A model generated the notes under the pieces. The model was given only the letters and a program-made list of their open reading frames with translations. It had not been told where the DNA came from and made no database searches. This document shows positions 36,945 through 44,692 of a stretch of DNA of 64,000 nucleotides, one piece after another (within the stretch, counting starts at the first letter, position 1; each line of letters opens with the position of its first letter). Position numbers and translations under genes: made by a program. Location: NCBI GenBank assembly GCA_025060195.1, contig JANXCQ010000007.1:34647-98646 (forward strand), in the 5' to 3' direction. This DNA comes from Gemmatales bacterium. GTDB taxonomy: Bacteria; Planctomycetota; Planctomycetia; Gemmatales; HRBIN36.

Positions 36945-38015
36945 ATGTCCGGGAAATCAGGCCTGACTTATCGCGACGCTGGACTCGACCTCGACGTCTA
37001 TGAGCAGACGTTAGAAATGTTGCGGCCATTGGCCGTGCGGACGCACACGCCGAGAGTGCTCGACGGTTTCGGCGGCTTTGCCAGTCTTTTTAGCCTGGAT
37101 TACAATGCTCGGCTGTTTGCCAAGAATTATCGTCATCCCGTGCTCGTGGCTTGCGCCGACGGAGTGGGCACGAAGCTGAAAGTGGCCATGATGATGAACA
37201 AACACGACACTGTGGGGATCGACTTAGTGGCCATGTCCGTCAACGATTGCCTCTGCACCGGGGGCGAGCCGTTATTTTTTCTCGACTACCTGGCCATGCA
37301 GCGGGACGATCCCACGTTGGCCCGGGAAATCGTCAAGGGCATCAGCGACGGCTGCATGGAGGCCGAATGCGCCTTGGTCGGTGGAGAGACAGCTATCTTG
37401 CCCGACTTCTATCAGCCCGGGGAATACGACTTAGCGGGCTTCTGCGTCGGCGTGGTCGAGCGACACCGCATTGTCAACGGCAAAAGTATTCGGCCAGGTG
37501 ATATAGTCCTGGGCCTTGCCAGTACCGGGCTACATTCGAATGGCTATAGCCTGGCACGGAAGATTGTCTTTGAGCATGCCCGGTTGAGTGTGGACAAATA
37601 TGTGCCGGAGCTGCGCATGACAGTGGGCCAAGCGCTGCTCGAACCGACGCGGATTTATGTTCGTCCTGTTAAACGCGTGCTGCAATATTATCAGGTGAAA
37701 CGGGTGATACGAGGTATGGCTCATATTACCGGCGGGGGCTTAGTGGATAATATTCCGCGAATACTACCATCCCATTGCGAAGTGGTAATACGCCGAGAAA
37801 GTTGGCCTGAGCCGCCAATCTTTACCTGGCTGCAACAACTGGGGAACGTTCCGGAAGCCGAGATGGACCGTGTGTTCAACCGAGGTATCGGCTTTGTGAT
37901 GATTGTTAGCCCGTATTACGCCGAGAGTATTCAGCGCCAGTTGCTGGAAGATCGTGTGCCCACCTACATTATCGGCGAAGTACGCCCTGGCGAGCCCCGC
38001 GTGGTCTTTGTTTAA
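36945..38015 (+). CDS. purM: Phosphoribosylformylglycinamidine cyclo-ligase (AIR synthetase).
   Basis: LTYRDAGLDLD, GGFASLF, DGVGTKLKVA and HITGGG. Confidence 0.95.
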   Translation: MSGKSGLTYRDAGLDLDVYEQTLEMLRPLAVRTHTPRVLDGFGGFASLFSLDYNARLFAKNYRHPVLVACADGVGTKLKVAMMMNKHDTVGIDLVAMSVNDCLCTGGEPLFFLDYLAMQRDDPTLAREIVKGISDGCMEAECALVGGETAILPDFYQPGEYDLAGFCVGVVERHRIVNGKSIRPGDIVLGLASTGLHSNGYSLARKIVFEHARLSVDKYVPELRMTVGQALLEPTRIYVRPVKRVLQYYQVKRVIRGMAHITGGGLVDNIPRILPSHCEVVIRRESWPEPPIFTWLQQLGNVPEAEMDRVFNRGIGFVMIVSPYYAESIQRQLLEDRVPTYIIGEVRPGEPRVVFV

Positions 38016-38023
38016 GCGATTCG

Positions 38024-38278
38024 CTAGGGGCGATGGTTTGGCGGGGCGGGTTGCTCAGGAGCCAGGCGCGGACTGGGCATGGTTTCAGTAATCCGCGGCG
38101 CTGGTAAAGGCACATCGGGGGTCCCCGGAGCGGGTACGAGCAAGGAAGTGGTCGGGCTTACTTCGACCACTGGCGGACATTCACGCCCGAAGAAGCGACT
38201 CAACCACGGATGCGGAGGACAACTGGCACACCCACTGACTAAGCCGATCACCAGCGCCAGCACTGTTGGACGTCTCAT
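38024..38278 (-). CDS. Small proline-rich lipoprotein (hypothetical).
   Basis: ATG 38278 has GGAGTGAAGGGG upstream. The signal plus lipobox is MRRPTVLALVIGLVSGC. The remainder is Pro-rich. Confidence 0.45.
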   Translation of the reverse strand: MRRPTVLALVIGLVSGCASCPPHPWLSRFFGRECPPVVEVSPTTSLLVPAPGTPDVPLPAPRITETMPSPRLAPEQPAPPNHRP

Positions 38279-38572
38279 CCCCTTCACTCCTACGCCAATT
38301 TGCTTGTGGTGTGTGTGCATTCAAGTCTGCCCGCATTGCTGCCGAGGTCAACCCGACTCCAGGATTTTTTAGTCTTCCTGTGAGTTTTCTCTTCTGGACG
38401 TAACAGTTAAGCCGAAAAAACGCAGGTTAGCGAAAACACCGCAGCACGGTCGAAAAGCATGACCTATAGTTGCAAGGGTGGAGTGTCCCCGAATCCGTGC
38501 CGACCATGCCCGCAAGATAAGCAGGAGCATTGCCCCGGCTCAAATGGCTGACATCTGGCCAGGAGATGCAAC

Positions 38573-40165
38573 GTGCCGCGGATCCGCCTCAAAGCAGTCA
38601 GTCCGCAGTGGGAAGGCAAGTACTGGGAGAGCACAGAGATCTTGCGTGTGGGTCGGCTCGAAGGACAAGAGGTGGTCATCAATGACCCTTCCGTAAGCCG
38701 ACGTCACGCCGAGATTCACTACACGAACCAGGGTTGGATGGTGCGCGACCTGGGCAGCACTAACGGAACCTATCTCAACGGCGTTCGCGTGGGCATGGTG
38801 GAGCGCAAACTGCGTCCTCGCGATTTATTGCAATGTGGGAATGTGCTATTCCTGGTGGTGTTTGCTGAGGAGGACCTGCCTAAGTTTCCCGTGGAAACCC
38901 CCTCCAAGAACCTATTGGTCGAGTCGAGCGCACAGCACAGTTGGGATCAGGCCTTACAAGTTCTAGCAGGGTCGCTAAGTGACAAACCCCGCGCGGGGGA
39001 CCGGTTTTTGACGCTACTGCGCGCTAGCTACCATCTAACACGCATAGACTCCCTCGACCAATTGTTACGAGCGATTTTGGAAGATGCCGTTCACGCCCTG
39101 GACGCCCAGCGAGCCGCCATTGTTCTCTGGGATGACAAAGAAGGCCGTCTCACCATCAGAGCAGTTTCTACTGGGGAACGGGAAGTTTCCGGGCGGGCCT
39201 GGTATAGTAGCAGTTTAGCACAACGCTGTTTTCAGCAGGGAGAATCCTTGCTGTGTCGCGACGTACGCATCGCGGGCGACTTACAAGCCAGCTCGAGCAT
39301 CATGGAAGGGGCGATGTCGTCCATTATCTGCGCCGTCTTACGTTCGCCCCGTAAGAAGCTCGGTGTCTTACACCTCGACAGGCACTTCTCTCAGCCACCG
39401 TTTACAGAAGAAGACCTACGCCTAGCGGACGCACTGGCGGCCACCGTTTCCGCCAGCATCGAATGCGCCCAGCTATTGGAGAAGCAGCGCGAGATGTTCG
39501 CGCAAACGGTCACGGCGTTAGCTCAAGCCGTGGAAATGCGCGACCCTTACACCGGCGGACACACGCTGCGCGTGACGGAATACGCGCTGATGCTGGCCGA
39601 TGCGATCCAGCTGCCCCAGGATCGGCGCCGCATTCTCGAAATTGGCACACCCTTGCATGACATCGGCAAGATCGGGATTGACGATCACATACTCCGCAAG
39701 GCGGGCCCGCTCACCCCCGAAGAGTTCGAAATCATGAAGTCGCACACGGTCAAGGGCACAGCTATCTTGGAGACGTTGCCCGACTTGAAGCCGTATATTC
39801 CCATCGTCCGCCACCATCATGAACGCTGGGATGGTAAAGGTTACCCCGACGGCCTCAAGGGCGAGGAAATCGACCTGCTGCCGCGGATTGTCGCTTTGGC
39901 CGACGCCTTTGACGCCATGACCTCCAATCGCCCCTATCGGCCTGGCATGCCCGCCGATTTGGCCTTTCAACAGATTCGCAAACATGCGGGAACCCAGTTT
40001 GATCCGCATCTGGCCGAGGTCTTTCTAAAACTGCGACCGCAGATTCTTGAAAAAATGTGGCTGCGAAATGACGCCAGTATGGATACGCTCCTGCCTCCCG
40101 ATGTCCATGCTGTCTTGGAACATCAGACCACCGCTCACATGAAAGCGCAAGCCGCGGGAGCCTGA
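38573..40165 (+). CDS. FHA-GAF-HD-GYP multidomain protein (putative c-di-GMP phosphodiesterase).
   Basis: GTG 38573 has AGGAG 8 nt upstream. FHA: VVINDPSVSRRHAEIHYTNQGWMVRDLGSTNGTYLNG. The central region is GAF-like. HD-GYP: HTLRVTEYA, PLHDIGKIG, HHERWDGKGYPDGL. Confidence 0.85.
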   Translation: MPRIRLKAVSPQWEGKYWESTEILRVGRLEGQEVVINDPSVSRRHAEIHYTNQGWMVRDLGSTNGTYLNGVRVGMVERKLRPRDLLQCGNVLFLVVFAEEDLPKFPVETPSKNLLVESSAQHSWDQALQVLAGSLSDKPRAGDRFLTLLRASYHLTRIDSLDQLLRAILEDAVHALDAQRAAIVLWDDKEGRLTIRAVSTGEREVSGRAWYSSSLAQRCFQQGESLLCRDVRIAGDLQASSSIMEGAMSSIICAVLRSPRKKLGVLHLDRHFSQPPFTEEDLRLADALAATVSASIECAQLLEKQREMFAQTVTALAQAVEMRDPYTGGHTLRVTEYALMLADAIQLPQDRRRILEIGTPLHDIGKIGIDDHILRKAGPLTPEEFEIMKSHTVKGTAILETLPDLKPYIPIVRHHHERWDGKGYPDGLKGEEIDLLPRIVALADAFDAMTSNRPYRPGMPADLAFQQIRKHAGTQFDPHLAEVFLKLRPQILEKMWLRNDASMDTLLPPDVHAVLEHQTTAHMKAQAAGA

Positions 40166-40168
40166 GAG

Positions 40169-40999
40169 TTATTTCGTTTCCGGTAGTTGGCCCAACTGTT
40201 GTGCCCGTGCTGTAGCGGCGACGACCGCGTTCATGACCGCGGCGCGAAACGCCCCTTGCTCGAGCGCATGCAGACCTGCCATGGTCGTGCCCCCGGGACT
40301 GGCCACCATATCCTTGAGCTGAGCAGGATGCTGACCCGTTTGCTGCAACAAGGCTACGGTTCCCTTTACCGTCTGTAAGGCTAAGCGATACGCCACCTCT
40401 CGAGGCAATCCCACCTGCACGCCGCCATCGGTCAGAGCTTCCACAAACACGGCCACGTAGGCAGGCCCGCTCCCGCTGAGTCCTGTTACCGCGTCTAACC
40501 AGGCTTCCTGTACTGCCAAACAATCGCCCACCGCTCCGAACAAGCGCTCGACCACCTGCACATCCTCGGCTCGCACCTGCGCATTGGTGCAATACGCGGT
40601 GATCCCAGCGCCGACCAGGCAAGGCGTGTTCGGCATCGCGCGAACCAGCCGCGCCGAACCGCCGAGCATCCCCTCCAAGCTGGCCAAGCGCAGCCCTGCT
40701 ACCACCGATATAAGCAACCGATCCCGCGTCCACACGGGTGCAATTTCCCGGAGCACCGCCCCAGCCACCTGAGGCTTGACCGCCAGCACCACCGCTTCAC
40801 TTTCGGCCACCACTTGGGCGTTATCAGCCAGGGCACGGGCCCTCGTCTGCTGTGCCAACCGCTGACGTGATTCAGCTCGAGCACAACTGAAACAAACCGC
40901 ATCAGGGGTCGTCACTCCTGCCGCCAGCACCCCCCGCAGCAAAGCGCCTCCCATCCTCCCAGCACCGATTATGCCTAACCTAGGAAAGACCGTGGTCAT
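40169..40999 (-). CDS. proC: Pyrroline-5-carboxylate reductase.
   Basis: LGIIGAGRMGGALLRG Rossmann motif and C-terminal SPGGTTMAGLHALE. It converges on the previous gene with a 3-nt gap. Confidence 0.9.
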   Translation of the reverse strand: MTTVFPRLGIIGAGRMGGALLRGVLAAGVTTPDAVCFSCARAESRQRLAQQTRARALADNAQVVAESEAVVLAVKPQVAGAVLREIAPVWTRDRLLISVVAGLRLASLEGMLGGSARLVRAMPNTPCLVGAGITAYCTNAQVRAEDVQVVERLFGAVGDCLAVQEAWLDAVTGLSGSGPAYVAVFVEALTDGGVQVGLPREVAYRLALQTVKGTVALLQQTGQHPAQLKDMVASPGGTTMAGLHALEQGAFRAAVMNAVVAATARAQQLGQLPETK

Positions 41000-41187
41000 G
41001 TTCGTCAGCTCCTAATTAGTCTCCCTTATCCAGGCGAAAGCGCTTACGTTTCCTCTTGGCTAATTGTCATGCCCACTGGCGGGTTGTAGCGCGAGGCGGT
41101 GTAACATAAACTTAGGCAACACCGTCGTGGCAGCGCCTCGCCCTCCGGGAATGGTCGCGGGCTGACTGCCCATCAGGGAGCTCCTCG

Positions 41188-43473
41188 ATGGAAGGAATTA
41201 TCTACCAGGAAATCGGGGGTCGCCTCGTCTTGCATGCCATGCCCGTGATGCTCGCGGTCTTGGGCATCCTGGCCATAGCTTACCGCTATTACAGTGCCTT
41301 TCTGGCCGCGAAAGTCGCAGCGCTAGATGATAGCATCCCGACCCCCGCACATTGTCTTTACGATGGCCAGAATTATCACCCGACGAATCGCTGGGTCTTG
41401 TTTGGCCATCACTTCGCGGCAATTTCCGGCGCTGGGCCGCTCATTGGCCCCGTACTGGCTATGCAATTTGGTTACTTGCCCGGACTGCTCTGGCTCGTCC
41501 TTGGCGTGTGCCTGGCGGGCGCCGTACAGGACATGCTTGTTTTAGCAGCCTCGGTTCGTCGGGGCGGAAAATCATTGGCCGAAATTGCCCGCACGGAATT
41601 AGGTCCCTGGGCCACCCTTGTCGTCAGCGCTGCGATTTTGTTCATCGTCATCATCGCCCTGGCCGGTCTAGGCATCGTCGTGGTCAAAGCGTTGGGTGGC
41701 GAAGAAGTCCCCTTAGCAGCAGGCATGCAAATCCGCTTACCCGAAAAGCATGGGTTTCACGCCGTCGAGCATACCGCGACTGCCACTCGATATCACTTCC
41801 CGCCCAATTGCGAACTCCGTTACACGGCCAACGACCGCTGGCGTCAGCGACCGGAGGCTTTCCAGATCCAAGTACCCCGCGATGCTGCTCTGGAAGCCCA
41901 TGAACGCATTGTCACTTTGCCCGCAGGTTGCAAACAAATCGTACCGGGCAGTTCGTGGGGCACGTTTACCATTGCCTGCACCATTCCCATCGCCCTGCTG
42001 GTAGGCTTATGGATGTACCGGATTCGCCGCGGCAAAGTTGTTGAAGCATCGCTCATCGGTGCCATCGGCGTCATCATCGCCACCATCGTGGGAAACTGGA
42101 TTCCCGGCTCGCCGTTAGAGAAATACTTCTCCCTGACCCGCGAACAAACCATCCTGGCCATGTGTATTTACGGCTTCGTGGCGTCAGTGTTACCCGTCTG
42201 GCTTTTGCTCTGTCCACGCGATTATCTTTCGAGTTTCCTGAAGATTGGTACGATTCTCTTGCTCGTGGTAGGGGTCATCGTCGCCAATCCACCATTGCGA
42301 CACCCGCCGATCAATGAAGTGTTCCTTGCAGGCGGACCTACTTTCAAAGGTTCCATCTTCCCGTTCGTATTCATTTGCATCATGTGCGGGGCGATCAGCG
42401 GCTTCCATTCGCTGGTGTCGTCCGGTACCACGCCCAAAATGGTGGACAAAGAAAGCGACATCCGCCCCATCGGCTATGGGGCCATGCTCATGGAGGGTCT
42501 GGTCGGCGTCGTCGCCCTCATCGCCGCTGCGTCGCTTGACCCGAAACTCTATTTTGAAATGAACACCGACCTGAGCGAGGTGCAGCGCTACCAGGACCAA
42601 TTGGACGAACTTTATCGCCGCCTCGGTCTCGTCCGCGAAGGACAAGACCCCTTGCATCAGGCCGGCGTACGCGACCTGCATCAGTTACCCGTACCCCAAC
42701 ACGACTTGGCCGAGGTCGAGCGTCTGGTCGGCGGCGAAGCCCTGCGGGGACGCACGGGCGGCGCGGTTACTTTAGCCGTGGGCATGGCCATCATCTTCAC
42801 CGAAGCCCTCCGCTGGACGGGCTTAGCCTTAGAACAGATCATGAAGTATTGGTACCACTTCGCCATCATGTTTGAAGCCTTGTTCATTCTGACCACCATT
42901 GACACAGGCACCCGCATCGCCCGCTTCCTGCTCCAGGAAGCTCTGGGCAAACTGCATCCCAAATTCGACAAAACTGACTGGCTCCCCGGAGCCGTGTTCG
43001 CTACCGCTATCGTCACCGGACTCTGGGGGGCTTTGATTTGGACCGGCTCGATCAGCACGATTTGGCCCATGTTCGGCATCGCCAACCAATTGCTAGCCGT
43101 GATTGCCTTAGCGCTGGTCACCACCCTTCTGATCAACACGGGCCGCGGACGTTACGCGTGGGTTACGCTACTCCCGATGCTGTTTGTAATCAGCACGACC
43201 ATGACGGCCGGCATACAACTGATAACTCGACAGTTCCCCGCGATGATCGCCCAAGGAGGCAGCCGTGCTCTCGCTGGTTACCTTAACATCGGCCTGACTG
43301 TGTTCGTCATGCTGTGCGTCATCACGCTATTGCTCCACGCACTCGTCCGCTGGATTGTCGCGATTACTAGCCTCGGTGTGCGTCACACATCTGACACCCG
43401 TTGGGCTCCGGTAACGGAACCTCTCGCATCCCAGCCAGAGCAAGTCAGCACAAATCGAAGTACCGCATCCTGA
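41188..43473 (+). CDS. cstA: Carbon starvation protein CstA (peptide/pyruvate transporter family).
   Basis: 761 aa and polytopic. N-terminal signature YRYYSAFLAAKV...NRWVLFGHHFAAISGAGPLIGPVLA. Confidence 0.9.
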   Translation: MEGIIYQEIGGRLVLHAMPVMLAVLGILAIAYRYYSAFLAAKVAALDDSIPTPAHCLYDGQNYHPTNRWVLFGHHFAAISGAGPLIGPVLAMQFGYLPGLLWLVLGVCLAGAVQDMLVLAASVRRGGKSLAEIARTELGPWATLVVSAAILFIVIIALAGLGIVVVKALGGEEVPLAAGMQIRLPEKHGFHAVEHTATATRYHFPPNCELRYTANDRWRQRPEAFQIQVPRDAALEAHERIVTLPAGCKQIVPGSSWGTFTIACTIPIALLVGLWMYRIRRGKVVEASLIGAIGVIIATIVGNWIPGSPLEKYFSLTREQTILAMCIYGFVASVLPVWLLLCPRDYLSSFLKIGTILLLVVGVIVANPPLRHPPINEVFLAGGPTFKGSIFPFVFICIMCGAISGFHSLVSSGTTPKMVDKESDIRPIGYGAMLMEGLVGVVALIAAASLDPKLYFEMNTDLSEVQRYQDQLDELYRRLGLVREGQDPLHQAGVRDLHQLPVPQHDLAEVERLVGGEALRGRTGGAVTLAVGMAIIFTEALRWTGLALEQIMKYWYHFAIMFEALFILTTIDTGTRIARFLLQEALGKLHPKFDKTDWLPGAVFATAIVTGLWGALIWTGSISTIWPMFGIANQLLAVIALALVTTLLINTGRGRYAWVTLLPMLFVISTTMTAGIQLITRQFPAMIAQGGSRALAGYLNIGLTVFVMLCVITLLLHALVRWIVAITSLGVRHTSDTRWAPVTEPLASQPEQVSTNRSTAS

Positions 43474-43496
43474 AAGCGCGAATGTAGGGATGGGTA

Positions 43497-44273
43497 ATGT
43501 ATCCAATATGGTACCAGGAGGCGTTACATCGGTTCAGCTACCCCATCGTAACCACGGGGATGGCGTTGCTCTTTAGTGTGCGCACTTGGGGCTACGACCT
43601 GGTTCCCTCTCAAGGAGGGTTGCTAGTCATCGCTAACCATCAAAGCTTTCTCGACCCTATCCTAGTGGGCATGGGAGTACGGCGGCGGATGCTATATTTG
43701 GCCCGCAAAACCTTGTTTCACAATCCGTTTTTCAGCCGGCTCATTCAGTCCTACGGCGCCATTCCCATTGATCAGGAAAAGCCCACCACGGAGGGGATTC
43801 GCACTGCTGTCGAACTGTTACGCCAGGGAGAGGGGGTGGTGATTTTTCCTGAGGGAGAACGGACGCCGCACGGCCAGATGCTCGAACTCAAGCCCGGAGT
43901 CACGCTACTAGTCCGTCGCGGGCAAGTGCCGGTGCTCCCGGTAGGCATCGCGGGCGCTTTCGAAGTTTGGCCGCGGCACCAACGCCTCCCCTGCCTCTGT
44001 CCACTATGGAGCCGCCAACCCTGCGGGCTTCGGTCCCGAAATTCGCTCACCTCTGCGGACACCCCTCGAGCATCGGCGTCCACGGAGTCCCACTCGGTTC
44101 AGATGAAAAAAGCGACACCGCCACGCCGCGGCATTGCAGTGGTAATCGGGCCACCGATTCCGTTTGATTCCCTGCGCGAGCTAAGCCAGGAAGAACTACT
44201 AAACCGCTTGACCGTCGCGCTCCGTGAAGTTTGGCACCAAGCCGAATCGCGCCGGCTCACTTGCCCGCATTGA
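43497..44273 (+). CDS. plsC: 1-acyl-sn-glycerol-3-phosphate acyltransferase family protein.
   Basis: HX4D motif ANHQSFLDP and FPEGERT. A roughly 45-aa Cys/Ser/Arg-rich segment (LPCLCPLWSRQPCGLRS...) precedes the final GIAVVIGPPI block. Confidence 0.8.
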   Translation: MYPIWYQEALHRFSYPIVTTGMALLFSVRTWGYDLVPSQGGLLVIANHQSFLDPILVGMGVRRRMLYLARKTLFHNPFFSRLIQSYGAIPIDQEKPTTEGIRTAVELLRQGEGVVIFPEGERTPHGQMLELKPGVTLLVRRGQVPVLPVGIAGAFEVWPRHQRLPCLCPLWSRQPCGLRSRNSLTSADTPRASASTESHSVQMKKATPPRRGIAVVIGPPIPFDSLRELSQEELLNRLTVALREVWHQAESRRLTCPH

Positions 44274-44501
44274 AGCTTCGTAACAGCTACATCTGCTTTG
44301 ACGATCTCGGGGCTAGCATACTGCGATAGGCTGGAGCTTGGCTTCACAATCGTGATGTCCTGCCGTTGCCGATCGGTGCCTATAACGAGAACGGTCATAG
44401 CGGCGCAAAATCATTGTTTCCGCGTGCCAGCCGCGCCAATCTGCGTTATCTGCGGCCTAGATGATAATTAGCCGCTTGAGAGGGAACCGATCGCATGCCT
44501 T

Positions 44502-44605
44502 GTGGATCGTGCTTAGTTGAAATCGATAAACCCATGATGTTTCGCGGGTCAACCACGGGACGGTCCACACGCATCGTGGGTCGTGCTTAGATGAAATCAA
44601 GAAAC
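44502..44605 (+). repeat. Pair of 30-bp direct repeats with a 74-bp period, in a convergent intergenic region.
   Basis: 44502-44531 reads gtggatcgtgcttagttgaaatcgataaac. 44576-44605 reads gtgggtcgtgcttagatgaaatcaagaaac (4 mismatches). Both copies are preceded by cgcat. Confidence 0.55.
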
Positions 44606-44692
44606 TGCGGCTCACGCGGATTCACACAGCGATGATCGGATTAGGAGGCAGGTCTATGCTCGGCAGCACAGTCCACCTGGAGGTCTATCAAC

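Noticed and set aside
39855-40733. A 292-aa minus-strand ORF overlapping proC in another frame and reaching into the HD-GYP gene.
   Set aside because: Its Arg/Gly/Ala-rich composition is typical of out-of-frame translation. proC (40169-40999) and the HD-GYP gene fully explain the region.
43960-44110. Odd Cys/Ser/Arg-rich roughly 45-aa segment in PlsC, considered as a possible pair of compensating frameshifts.
   Set aside because: I translated the other two frames by hand and neither restores a PlsC-like sequence. It is treated as a lineage-specific insertion and noted in the feature evidence only.
44502-44605. Possible CRISPR mini-array (30-bp repeats, 44-bp spacer).
   Set aside because: There are only two copies, which differ at 4 of 30 positions. 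There are no cas genes or leader in the window, and the spacer is longer than usual. It is kept as a generic repeat instead.
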